Source: Antedon mediterranea
Lineage: Eukaryota > Animalia > Echinodermata
Direction of reading: 5' to 3'
Assembly (NCBI RefSeq): GCF_964355755.1
Contig: NC_092670.1
Location: forward strand, 12,510,795 to 12,574,794
Length of the DNA stretch: 64,000 nt
Shown here: piece after piece, positions 41,501 through 54,888 of the stretch
How the letters are laid out: each line of letters opens with the position of its first letter
Numbering within the stretch: the stretch's first letter is position 1
Translations under genes and position numbers: made by a program
Notes under the pieces: model-generated
The model's input: the letters and a program-made list of their open reading frames with translations, nothing else
Databases searched by the model: none
What the model was told of the DNA's origin: nothing

Positions 41501-44500
41501 TAATATAAAGTGAATAAAAAATTAAATTATTTTTTTTTTGGCCGAAAAATGTACAACTATGTAAGAAAGGAAGTAGGCTCTATTTCGTATAAAATAATCA
41601 TGGTCCAATATTCAAGTCCAGAATTCAATTTCGCACCCAATTAGACTTTATTGTTTTATCAGAAGTATAAATTAAATACGCGATTTCAACAGTTTCAATT
41701 ATTTTCGACACCTGTTGCAGACTCTCAACGTAACACATTTAAATGTGTTTCTTATTCATGACTTGTTGAAAGAAGCATTTAAATATAATTGCTACTCTTA
41801 TGGCAATGCTAAAGGTACTGAATTTCTGCTAACCGACCTCATTTGTTCTATATAAAGTACAACACACGAAGTGTCCACAAGTTTATATTATTGGGGAAGG
41901 TACTATCTTATGTCTACGTCCAATTTCAAGTGTAACTGAACAGTCAACGACGGCCTGATGTTCTCATGAGGACGCGGGTTAACCAAACAAGTACTGTAAA
42001 ACCCCTTTTAACAACATCAAACAGCTAATTTGTCAATGTTGATGCTCTAACTCGAGGCTTTATGTCGTTGTCGATTGACTGTGTCGGGGAGGGGAAGGGC
42101 GGGTCGCGATATTTCTTTTCGTACATAAGTTGGGGACCCCTCATGACACGTCACAAAATAAACATGAATATTAATTAATCATATCCATAAGGTTTGAAGG
42201 TAAGAATTGGGCTAACTACAATTCTCTAACGCAAACGCTTTTTGCCGAGCCGTCTGTGTAGTCGAATGGATTATACTTTACATGTCGGTGTCTGGGGTTC
42301 GAATTCCATGAGCAACTTCTTTTTACTTATAGTGAGAGAGATTATTTTGAGGATTAGGTTAGTTATATTTAGGGAGTAGTTCGGCTATCTTTCACATAAG
42401 GGGTCCCCAACTTAAGTATGGAAAAAAAATCGCAGGCGGGTCGGTCCGGTCGGGGACGTGGAGTGTAAACATGACGAATGCATTGCGTTGAGATACGCAA
42501 TATAACCACCGAGAAGGGTTAAGTGGTTTACGTACTACAGTCATAAAAAAAGGAAATTTGCTAACCACATATTTTCAAACGAAGTAAACAATTAGGTCAA
42601 GCTAACCATACGGCATGGTCATAAATGATTACATTATTTGTAATGATAGTTATGCTGATTAGAAAAGAGACATTTTAATTACAAGTTTATTTGATAACAG
42701 ATGTAATTAGACCGCAAATATGGCGATTACAAACACATGTTTCATACTAATCTATCCATCTATCTACCCACAAATTTATCGACCGGAGTACATTTCCCCC
42801 AGCCCTCTCATGGTTCCAAAAATAGTTTTATTTCCGTCCGCACTTGTAATTATAAACAATTGGTTAATACACTTGATTATTGAATTCAAATGTTTTGATC
42901 CACACTATTCTTATCAACTTTGTTTGTTTGATTGGGACAAGTATGAGCTTAGAAAATGTATACATTCGCTTGTTCGTGTTTGTTCGTTCATTTTAATGTA
43001 ATTATTATTGTTAGTTATCCCTTTTTTTCGCAAAGGTTTTGCTTGGCAATAAAGAGCAAAGGAATTGAATGATTAATTATATGAGAATTTTAATTGTAAC
43101 AGTAACTCTTTCATTTGCCTGTAGGCCTAAACTTGGTAAAAAATATATTTGATGTTCCCTTTATCGACTCAAACATGACAAACTGTGGTGAATAGACATC
43201 ACAATTGAGCGATGCAAACATAAATTGCGCTGGTTATGCACCTGCCTAACTTGCTCACATTACCTGTTCGGCACATTTGATGTTTTTTTGTTACTACCAA
43301 CTTCATTTCCGCTTGGAGTTTACCAATGGAATGTATATGCCCAAAGAATTTTGCATGTTTGTATCAATTCGGTATATAGGATACTGTTTGGTGTTTTAAT
43401 CGGGGTTTAGGCCTATTTCAATACTCCGTCTCTAAAATAATGTGTGAGTTGACATTATTCTTGAAAGTTCTGTATAATACTTATCTTAACATGTTGTTGT
43501 CAGTCACGAGTATTGGTCCCGTTTCGGTTTTATAACACCGTTTCTGTGCAACGCGGATAATGTATTAATATTAAAGATGTATTGTCCAAATGAAAAGTAG
43601 ATATGAATAATAGGCCATATTGTACTTTTTAATTAAGATATTCTCTTCCAACAAAAATCAAACTAAAATAATGGTTTTACTTTTAATAAAAAGAAAACAT
43701 ATCGGTAAATTTTAAAAACCTTCCAGTTGACTTTTTCCTAACAGTAAGCCTAATACAGTAGGCCTAACAGTTTTTGAGGTAAAAATGATTTCGTATCAAT
43801 TTTCTTTCCATCTTTCTTTCTTTTATTTTACCCTGCACAAATAAATTATAACTGCGGTAAACATAAATAAAATGAATAACCATTATGTAGGCTAACTTTA
43901 AATTTGCATATTCAACAATTACCAATTTAATATAAAAAAGAAATTTCAGGGGAAACATAGGTACCATAAATACATTCATCATATAGAGCATTTCTCAGTT
44001 GGCTGGATAAAACATGAAACTATAAATATATTTTTTTTTAATGTGGTGCGACAATGGTTTTATTCTGAAACCTGTTACTATTAGTTAGGTCATACTTTTT
44101 ATTTCTGATCTTTAGTACTTAGAAATAACAATTTCAGGCTTTTCTAGTAAGAATCAACCTGTTAATATGCACAGGAAGTAAAAAGCTGAACATTCATCGA
44201 AGTAAATTAGATGAGACAAGCAAAGGAAGTTGAGTCAGATGCCTTGAGTACACATGCACTCTAGGACGGTACAGTACTGTCAGAGGCCTAATGATGAATT
44301 CTTTTTTTGTTGTCAATATAACTAATATATAGGCCTATCTCTTACATGGGCAGATGGGTTTCTACGAAATAGCAAATTGTACATAATCAATCAATTAGTA
44401 AATCAATACCAATTAATGTGATTTGATAATGATTACGTTTTAATAAGAACAGAATATGATTTTTGTTGACTTCGTTTTCAATGTTAAATGCTATACTTTT

Positions 44501-47500
44501 ATACGTGATTTTATGTTATTGTTTGTATTACGAATTATCTTCAAATCGCTACATACAATTGTATTCCTTCATTTAAATTTCAACAACGTTTTAGGGTGAG
44601 GCTTTATTTATCAAACCGATGCTAACTGGGGTACGACTTACACACTGATCCCCAGTTAGCGGTGATGGTGTATACCCATACTCCGGTTTGAGTGCTAGCT
44701 TGGTGTTTTTGTCTTTTTGTTCTCTTCCTTTTGGTTTCCAAACATCGTTTATTTGCACTATATAAATCTATCTATTATTATTAGTTTTTCTCATCTACAA
44801 AGATTTACAACTGACTGACTGTTAATTAAGATGTTTTTTCCTATTAACAAGTTTGTTAAATCTAGCTCTATTTCTTAAAAGAAGCTTAACATGTTATATT
44901 CATAAATTAAAATGGAATTATAAATATTATAGTATACCAAATCAGGAATGTCATATAATTTGATTTTTATTAATACAAATTACACTATCCTTAGAGTACC
45001 TATGCAAGGGGCACTAGAGACCACTACACCTTACTAGGTCGTAAAAAACGAAATTGGTTTGTATTTCTCAGTTGCCATAAAATGAACATCCTGTAGAGAT
45101 GCTAGAATTTGGCAGGTGGTATTTTAAAAAGAATTGTGCCTTGAGCCAGTTTTTTCTAATTTAAATTATAATAGATCAATAAACACTGTGTGGTTGAAAC
45201 AAATAACAAAATCAGCTCATTAAATTACTGTATTTCGTGGTATCGGATGACAGAGCGCAACCGGAAAAGAAGGCCTACCCAATTTTTGAAAGTTATATAA
45301 CATTTAGAATTTAAACCACGAAGACTTTTTACTTTTTTCTGAAGTAAACATAAATCTAGGGTAAATGCTATAGTTCACTGGCAAGAAATGTCATCTATAA
45401 ACTTACTTTGACAGATTTGTTTTTAAAAAAACGTTATTGAGCTATATAGTGGGGCTTACCTAGGCAAAACAAACTTGTTAATTAAAATGACTGTATAATC
45501 AACACTAACCTTGAAAAAGAACTTTCGATTAAATAAAATAAAATAAAAAAAAATAAAAAAAATACAGTAACTGTATTACAAGACAAACAAAAATGACATA
45601 AATAGTGGAATATTATATTATCTATCGCCATGATATGGGTGGATTGTAGGCCTTGTTAATGTTAAAGCAAATTTAAGAAACAAATAAGTATTCTTAATAG
45701 TAATACATAAACGATTATTATTGAAAATAAAATATAGATGAACATTATTAAAAATGTCAATGTAACTCATAATGTTATTATATGTATTTATCAATGAATG
45801 CTTAACTTGTGGTAACACTGGTTTCTTTTCAAAAGGACCGTTTTTTTATTGTATTTTTTTTATATTGTAGTTCACTACAAACCCGGATCGGTAGCTGAGC
45901 ATGGCGAGTATCGATTTTATTTTGACGTCAGCGAAGTTTCTATGGATGATATTTTAACAACGGCGGAATTACGTCTTTATAAAGGTTTAGCAACGTTTAG
46001 TAATGAAATAACGGGAGTGTATACATTGACTGTTTACAGGATTGTCCAGGACGCCTATACGGGGTATGTTGCTTTTTTTACTTCAATAACTTTTGTAACA
46101 AACATGATATACTATTACTATTGCCTATCATTAGATTGGTTAATTACATACCACGTGCAGTTCAGTATTAGTTCTATTTAACGGAAAAGTGATATTTGAT
46201 AGTGATATTGAACGGTATTGATCTGAACGTTCAGATTGTTAACATTTTGAGAATGTTATGCAACGCGTACATGACATTAAATCAACCTGTAATGTGTGCC
46301 ATTCGTAACTTTCTACCAAAATCTGCCTCTTTAGTGGCCTAGCCTCCCACTATCATTTTACATTGATTCAAGATGGAAGCAGCGGATTAATTTAATAAAA
46401 GTTTACTTTAAAACAGTAGGTGTGAAAACAATCATTCGTTATTTGCATAATTCTTTTTTTTTCCAAATATTATTTACTTTAAACCTTTTGACACAATACT
46501 GTTTTCGTTTCCAATGTGTAAAGCTAGCCTGGTCTACTTTCTTCATTTTTAAATTTACAATATGTTTTGGGGTCATCCGAATTGTAACTGTTAACTATAT
46601 CACACAAAACAAACTCTGTGTGAAAGATTTATTTACTGCAATTTTATTAAAGTAGTAAAATTCAGATCCCGTAAAATTCTTATTTCATTCTTAACCTCGG
46701 TAATTCTCATTCCAACAAAATTTTATTGAGTTGAGCTTACTGACCGAGATAAATATCACGTCACCTGACAGCGGTCAATGACCTCTATTCAATAATGATG
46801 CATTGTGGGATTGTCTGATGAACAACTGAAAGAATGATTCATTATAGTTAATGACGAACTGGCACGATCTTGCCAAGAGAAAATACATAATTTCCTTTTC
46901 CATTTGCGATAAGACACGGAGTTTTGACTTTAGTTGTTGTTTTGATGAATACGGTAATGAAAGGTTATGACAAAAAAAATATCAACCACCAAAAGTTGGC
47001 AAGTGTTTATTGTTCAACACCACGTGTTTTCAAAGAAAAAAAATTCAGAAAAAAAAGAGTAGTTTTATGAATACGATCTACTTTGAGAAACCATCAATTA
47101 AGGGTACTTCCTGATTTCTTATTGAAACATATACAGTAATATCAGTAGTCCTATTAATCCAAACAATAAGCTTAAAAGTCTTTTAGAATAAGTATGGAAA
47201 CTTCGATTTCAATTTACGACCAAATCTATTGAGAAAAAAAGTTTCTTGACATGCGCAGAACGCTATAGAGAATGGCGGTAATTACAATAAAGATTAAAAT
47301 AATTAATATGTTTGATTTGCAGAGAAAAAGAGAGGCTTTATCTATCAGACCAGGTCATCTCTGCAGACTATGAAGGGTGGTTAGAACTGGACATAACTGA
47401 AACCAGCTTTCTATGGCCATCATTACCACGTGGACATCTTGAACTAGAAATTATTGTAGAAAACTTTAGAGGTGAGTAGAATCTGGTTGAATCATCAGAA

Positions 47501-50500
47501 AACCTGTTTTCCATTAGAGAATATATTCGCACGAATCGTCGAACATTCCTGAATTCTGATTAGATGCGCATTTTCACGTCACATAAAGTACATGAAAATA
47601 TTAATACGCATGCGCATTAGTCAACACTTGCGTTTGCGTGATTAAATTCAGAAATTTGAAAAAAAACAGTGCATTTCATTTATAGGCCACGAAATTCACA
47701 GTGATTATATCTCAAAAGTGGTAAACGATTTTGATAACTCCATGGTGATATAAAAACGGAAATTTACAATAGGAAATTAGACTGGACGATTGTTAATTTC
47801 CTTTCACGCATGGTCAGTGTTTAAAATACCAACAATTAGCCTACATCTGTTGACAAATGGCCATAAATCTGGATCTTATAGTCCTTTCCCTATTTGATAA
47901 AAAAAAACACCACAAAAGGATTGTGTATTCTTGTTATTGCAGGTGAAAAAGTTAATTCAAAAGATATTGGAATCATTGGGATTTCAAACGACGAAGACAA
48001 CAATGAACCTTTTGTAGTTGCATTTTTCAAAACGTCACAAGAAACGCATTCACGGAGAACAAGAGCAGCAAGGAAAAGAAAGAACAAAAAATCAGAAAGC
48101 TCATTAAATGTAGAGGGAAAATCAAAAAAGGGTAAATATTTTCGAAAGGTACTTTAACTTATGCAGAGTCGAAAGTTAGCTCACATGATACTGCGGGATG
48201 TTTAATGGCTATAAATATGATATTTTGTGATTTTTTTTTTAAATTGCGTCATCATTCAGGAATAGTACAAAAATTAACTCAACTTCAAGTACAGTTGCAT
48301 ACTCCTTGAAGAGAAGTAATAGATGCCAGGAATCCAATATTTTGTAAATAAAAATTACGTCATCATTTCTAATGATGACGTCACTAATGCGTACTTTTAA
48401 AGTCCTGTTACAAATTATTGTCCCCGACACGTTCATTAAGTAATATACCGTATTTATTTTGCTTTAGGTAACAACAAGGCTCGACAGAAGGAATGCCGAA
48501 AAAGAAATTTATTTGTCAGTTTCAAAGATCTCGATTGGCAAGTAAGTATATTCAGAGAACAGTGAGTTTGTTTTCTAGACGTTTTAAGCGTGGTTCTAAA
48601 CGTGTTTTATTTATTTATTTATTAACAATATTTAACCAGGGTGGCCCAATCATTCAAAAAGACTGGTCTCCCTTGGTAGTGGAGTCTGTTAGGGCTGAAA
48701 TAAGGGTGTTTGGTTCAGTTTCTTCCAAAAGCACCAAATTTGGTATACAGGTTGCCCACCCTATACAAATTCAATTTTTGATGGGCGCCAAGCAAAATGA
48801 CCCATTGGGTCACCTAATTTGCATAATTTAAAATGGCGGACATTTTCGCTTAAACAGTCCATATCTCTAAAAATACTGGTCATAGAGAGTTGATTTTTAG
48901 CCCAAAATGTTCACAACATAAACATTCCTATTTACTCTAATGAAGTTTTTTTGAAAAAAATGACCGGAAGTACCAGTTTTAACCTTTGACCCATATTTTA
49001 AGGCATTGCCATATCTCAGTAAATAGTTGTCACAGACAGTTTATTTAAGTGTCAAATTGTTCAGAATATATATGTTACTATTTAATTTAATGAAACATTT
49101 TATCCAAAAATGACCGGAAGTACTCAGTTTTGCCTTTGACCGTTACGATGTAATTACCAGCCTTGTTACGGTTAATATATTTTGATATCCATAAAACTAC
49201 TTGTCATAGAGAGTTAATGTTGGTGTCAAAATGTTCAGAACATAAACATTTCTATTTACTATAATAAAGTTTTTTCTCAAATAATGACCAGAAATACCAT
49301 ATTTGACCTTTGACCTGTTTTTTCAGGCAAATTGCCATATCTCATTATTAGGTTGGAGTGGAAAGTTCATTTTGGTGTCAGATTGTTCAGAATATATATG
49401 TTTCTATTCTGCTTAATAGAAGACTTTTCAAAAAAATGTCAGGAAGTATAGTTTATTGACTTGTTAAATACATAAAATTTATAAATTTGTTCAGTTAATT
49501 GTATAGTTAACTGTATATTTATGATATTATTTTGCAACCCACTTTTGAGCACTTGTCGAAGATGGCTGCTTGCATGTGCAATTGAACAAAGTATACTGAA
49601 CAAAGTTGAATAGATTGTCCTATTTGTAGTGAGTCTAGAGTAATGTAAATGAGAAATGAGAAAATTGTATATACAAAAAATACCCAATCTCATCTAATCG
49701 AGTACTTTTAAATGAAGTCTTCCACATATTTAGCAATAATGTGTAGGCCTACTGATGAAATCCAGTAAAAGTTTTGTTTTGGAAAGTTAGTGTTTCCGTC
49801 ACTTGTGTTTGCTGTTGCATAACAATTTCATGTTGCTACATTTCTCTTTGTTGCCATAACACGAACAACCACTGAATGGGGAAAAGACACCGAAGATTTC
49901 TGTCCTCCAGACCTAAGTCATCCAAGGACCGTCCAGCTTGGTGGTTCTCAAAGATTTTCAACAACAAAAAAAGAAAAGAAATCGACCATATACAGTAATC
50001 ATCTAGAAGAGATTGGATGAATAGGAACAGTTTTGTTACTAAGGACATGTTACGCTCTAGTATCCTCTTTTTCATATATTGCCCTTTTTTCAAACTTAAA
50101 ATGAACTCTGTATTGCATGTCCTTGACTATGTGAACAATGCAAATTTTTTGAATGGAAATGTTGTGCAAAAATCAACAAAAAGGTTTAGCCTCATTTCTA
50201 AGAAACAATATCATACTCAAGCTCAGAACATGATGGGGCATTTCGTCTTTACGAGAACACTGAAAATATTACAATTACCATACATGTGCTTATGGTGACT
50301 GAACCAACCAGACTGTTCAAGGATTGCTAAAGAAGTTTGAATAAGCCATTATTTTCCAAATACTCGATATGAGAAAGGACACATCATTAATAATAATAAT
50401 AATAATAATAAGATTTTTATAGCGCACATACCACTCCAGAGTGCTCAAGGCGCATAATTCTTTCTGCCATCATTCAATACTTTGAAAATGTACATAAAAG

Positions 50501-53500
50501 AAATGAAAGTAATAAAAGTAAATCTGTTCATGAGGTTAAAACAGCTCATCAATACATTATGTTATACAAGCCAAGAGTTGTTACCAATTCCAATATAACA
50601 ACAATTTAACATTTACTAATCAACCAAAAATCAAGTAAAAAGGCAATAATGAAAAAGATGATACTAAGGCGTAATGTCATAAGTAACAAAACTGTAATAC
50701 CCAAATCGTGTCCAGATGATGGCCAAATTTTTTAAAATTAAAATTCGGGAATTCTGCCAAGTTTGGCGGACCAAGGATTACTTTAGGTCTGGTGGAAAAA
50801 ATATATTTTTCAGTTGTGGTTCGTGATATGGCAACAGTAGTCTAGTATTTATATTGTGCATCCCGAAAATGTCCATCCTTTTAATTAGTAGGTTATACCC
50901 CAGTTTGAAGGCCCTTTAAAGAAAGATACTCAGCGAAGAAATGCAATATAGGAAAATTACCCTGAATGTAACAACCAAACAAACACAAGTGATGGAAACA
51001 CTAACTTTCCAAAACAAACATTATTGCTAAATGTGTAGAAGACTTCATTTAAGTACTCGATTAGATGAGAATGAGATTGGGTATTTTTTGTCTATACAAT
51101 TTACTCTCATTTGCGTTACTCTAGACTCACTACAAATAGGACTATATTCAACTTCATTCAGTATACTTCGTTCAATTGCACATGCAAGTAGCCATCTTCG
51201 ACAAGTGCTCAAAAGTGGATTGCAAAATAATATAAATATACAGTTAACTTGAACATTATAATTTTATGTATGTAACAGGTCAACTGTACTTCCTGACATT
51301 TTTTGGAAAAATCTTCTATTAAACATAATAGTAACATATATATTCTGAACAATCTGACACCAAAATGAACTTTCCACGCCAACCCAATAATGAGATATAG
51401 CTTTGTTCAGTATACTTTGTTCAATTGCACATGCAAGCAGCCATCTTCGACAAGTGCTCAAAAGTGGGTTGCAAAATAATATCATAAATATACAGTTAAC
51501 TATACAATTAACTGAACAAATTTATAAATTTTATGTATTTAACAAGTCAATAAACTATACTTCCTGACATTTTTTTGAAAAGTCTTCTATTAAGCAGAAT
51601 AGAAACATATATATTCTGAACAATCTGACACCAAAATGAACTTTCCACGCCAACCCAATAATGAGATATAGCAATTTGCCTGAAAAAACAGGTCAAAGGT
51701 CAAATAAGGTATTTCTGGTCATTATTTTAGAAAAAACTTTATTATAGTAAATAGAAATGTTTATGTTCTGAACATTTTGACACCAACATTAACTCTCTAT
51801 GACAAGTAGTTTTATGGATATCAAAATATATTAACCATAAAAAGGTTGGTAATTACACCGTAACGGTCAAAGGCAAAACTGAGTACTTCCGGTCATTTTT
51901 GGATAAAATGTTTCATTAAACTAAATAGTAACATATATATTCTGAACAATTTGACACTTAAATAAACTGTCTGTGACAACTATTTACTGAGATATGGCAA
52001 TGCCTTAAAATATGGGTCAAAGGTTAAAACTGGTACTTCCGGTCATTTTTTTCAAAAATACTTCATTAGAGTAAATAGGAATGTTTATGTTCTGAACATT
52101 TTGAGCTAAAAATCAATTCTCTATGACCAGTAGTTTCAGAGATATAGACTGTTTAAGCGAAAGTGTCCGCCATTTAAAATTATGCAAATTAGGTGACCCA
52201 AGGGGTCATTTTGCTTGGCGCCCATCAAAAATTTAATTTGTATAGGGTAGGCAACCTGTATACCAAATTTGATGCTTTTGGAAAAAAGTGAACCAAAATA
52301 TCCCTAACAGACTCCACTATGGGGCCCTGGGTACAATAGTACATTTTAAACTAAAAATAACAGTAACACAATAAAACTTAAACTACAGTCCTAATGCCTT
52401 AAAGTTACTTTTGAAAACATTTAAATTAAGTTACTTTTGAAAACATTTAAACTGACCAATGGCAAGCGACAGTTCGAATATTCCATCGCTTGTGATTGGT
52501 CAAATCACTTAAGTTGCACTTACGTTCTTGTGTTACATCGAGCCTGGTAAGAACCAAGTAGTAACTATCGGGATTATGCTCACAAAATCGTGTATACATC
52601 ACTCTCATTGGCCGGTTAGCCGTACAATTCCAGCTCCACATTAAATTTTGATGTATAGTAGATATATAGGTATACGTCTAAAATGTCCTCATGGACCAAC
52701 TATGACGTAAATGTATAAAAGAGTTGTATGGGACAAATCAACAACTTCTGATTATTTGATTACATGAAGCAAAAACATTTATTACATCAATTATGTCTTG
52801 AATAAGTATAATATATAAAACCTAATGGACTGGCAAAACAATTTATTTACAATAATTTATGTGATGGATGTCATTGAACCTTAAGGAATAAAACATATAC
52901 AGAATTTTAAATTGGCCCTCATGGCCGGCTCCAAATACTATTTATACCATCAGTGGCGTGGGTGTGTGGGAAGTTGGACCAATAGTGTCATAAGTATTCG
53001 ATGTGATAATTTGTATTTCAACTATAATCACACATGCGCCAATTTGTTAAGTCCCTCTGGAACTACGTGGGAAGTAAAAAGGAAAATATGGGATAACCGT
53101 TGTAACCAACAGGGAACCGGATGAATATTCCAAATGCATCTTTTAAAGTGGTTTGACACAATTAAATCGGAGAGCAGATCTTGGTAGCTATGAAAATACT
53201 AAGTTTGAATGCCAGCACCAGACATTTCTCTCTCCTTGTCTCATTCTTAAAATGGTGAATTATGCTGTTTGTCCTGTGCACAAACAAGATGGTTTTAGAT
53301 CAACTCCATCCTTTCACTCTGCTATTTAAGTTCCAGTTACTGTATGTTAGAAACCTTTTAAAAAAACCTAAAAAAAGAAAACTTTATATCGACTTGTATG
53401 ACGACGTTTTCGTTTCACCATACCACGGGCCGCTATTAAACACTATTAACTTAGATTATAAGAATCAGATGGGATCGATTATTACAAATCAAAATGAAAC

Positions 53501-54888
53501 TCTATACTATAGCCTACCGATTTTTTTTCCAACAAACCACTCCTTACCATAAAACATATAATTATACAAACGGTATAATTGAATATAAATAATAATACAA
53601 TTATAAATATACATTAATTAAATTTAAGGGTTGGACGTCTGTAAGCCCTATAGGCTTAAGCAGAAGGTTCCGGGTTCGAATCTAGATTGGGACAAGGTTT
53701 TATCATTAGGGACATGGTTTTCTCTCTGAAGACAAGCAGAGCCACAAAAAAGTGGAAAAACTCAAACATTCCTAAAGTATGCGTCTTGTACACTTCTACT
53801 AATTCAGTTGTATTAATTTCACATAGAGGTTATATACGTATATCGAATGTACACTTAAGTGTTACTGAACATTCAACAACAGGATGATAGCTCATTTTGA
53901 ACAGGAATACGATTAATTATTTAGCATTTTAGTAGTTCCCGTGAGCCAATCAGAGTTATTGCAGTCGTAATGCACTCGAGTTAAATGCAATTATGAAAAT
54001 CATTCTCGTAACAAACCGACTGTAAAGAAATGTTAACACTTGGAACGTTACCAACAGGTAAATAATTGTACCTGTACGATATAAATGAACTTTAAAAAGT
54101 TATGGTCGTTTAGGGCTCAATGACGTCATTTACTAATCGAACGTAGTGTGAAGTTCAAATTATGATTCATCCCCCGTAGATGTACGGTGGGGCCGTGTTT
54201 CAAAATAGATAAGTGAAAAACTCAAATACTTAGGCAGATCTAGGCACAGAGTTTGTCTGGCCAGGAAGGCTCTTTACACTATTGTGTTGCCGAATTAATC
54301 ACGTTTGAACGCAGAGGCTCTATTGTTTTGATGAAACAATTTCCTACTTAAATCAACATTATTCTTCTCTGAATAAAGTAACTGAAAGTCTATTAATGAC
54401 ATCTTTTATTCTATAACTAATTTCAAATACAGGCTCCGCTTTTAAAATAGGTCTCTGTGACACCTTAGGAACCACCGTTCTATCTGTATCTTGGGAGAGA
54501 CAAATTTATTGTCCACACATAACCACAAGCAAGACATTAATGAATGTTTACGACATTAATGAATATTCACGACATTAATGATTACTCACGCCATTAATGA
54601 ATATTCACGACATTAATTTTCTTTCAGGATTGGATAATAGCACCCGAGGGCTACGAAGCGTTCTACTGTTACGGCGAGTGCGCGTTCCCTCTCAACGGAC
54701 ATCTAAACGCCACCAATCACGCCATCGTGCAGACGTTAGTTCACCTCATGAGCCCCAGCAACGTTCCACAGCCGTGTTGTGCGCCAACAAAATTAAGCGC
54801 CATTTCTGTATTGTTCTTCGACGAAAGCTCAAACGTAATTCTTAAAAAATATAGAGAAATGACAGTGAAAGCTTGCGGGTGTCACTAG
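35557..54888 (+). CDS. BMP5/8: BMP5/6/7/8 (gbb/60A) family TGF-beta ligand precursor, about 435 aa, 6 exons
   Basis: Exons 35557-35998, 45871-46063, 47323-47471, 47943-48131, 48468-48541, 54628-54888, total 1308 nt in frame. Signal peptide; prodomain [11 protein letters not shown]...[10 protein letters not shown]; EPFVVAFFK; furin site RRTR; 7-Cys mature domain with [29 protein letters not shown] and CGCH*. Confidence 0.93.
38592..39733. repeat. Direct tandem duplication of about 576 bp in BMP intron 1
   Basis: 38592-39167 is repeated at 39168-39733 with scattered substitutions and indels. Each copy includes a MITE end (TTTGATAGTGTAGACAGAGCTT). Confidence 0.9.
40437..40725. repeat. 88-bp tandem repeat (about 3.3 copies) inside a CAGT-ended Tc1/mariner-like MITE
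   Basis: Units start at 40437, 40525, 40613 and 40701. The element 5' end CAGTAAAACCTC...GGGGACACC is near 40185. Confidence 0.85.
42106..42433. mobile_element. MULE-like MITE with 9-bp TSD
   Basis: TIRs GCGAT...TAAGTTGGGGACCCC and GGGGTCCCCAACTTA...ATCGC, flanked by GGGCGGGTC and AGGCGGGTC (8/9 identical). Confidence 0.65.
48605..48676 (-). mobile_element. L2/SINE-type 3' tail interrupted by the foldback element (continues at 52320-52330)
   Basis: Removing the insertion restores, on the minus strand, CCAGGGCCCCAAGGGAGACCAGTC...GGGCCACCCTGGTTAAA followed by (TAAA)n. Similar to the SINE tail at about 60381-60455. Confidence 0.55.
48677..52319. mobile_element. 3.64-kb foldback DNA transposon (Academ-like, non-autonomous) in BMP intron 5
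   Basis: Termini TAGTGGAGTCTGTTAGGG and CCCTAACAGACTCCACTA; TGG TSD at 48674-48676 and 52320-52322. Arms are about 48677-49815 and about 50975-52319. Confidence 0.85.
54533..54617 (+). repeat. 19-bp tandem repeat (about 4.5 copies) abutting the last BMP acceptor
   Basis: GACATTAATGAATATTCAC-type units at 54533, 54552, 54571, 54590 and 54609, running into TTTCTTTCAG|. Confidence 0.85.

Noticed and set aside
49836-50298. ORFs in the foldback spacer as a transposase
   Set aside because: They are short, I recognise no catalytic motif, and a profile search would be needed to call even a relic.
54597-54845. 82-aa ORF over the last BMP exon
   Set aside because: Wrong frame; the spliced frame from 54628 gives the conserved TGF-beta domain.
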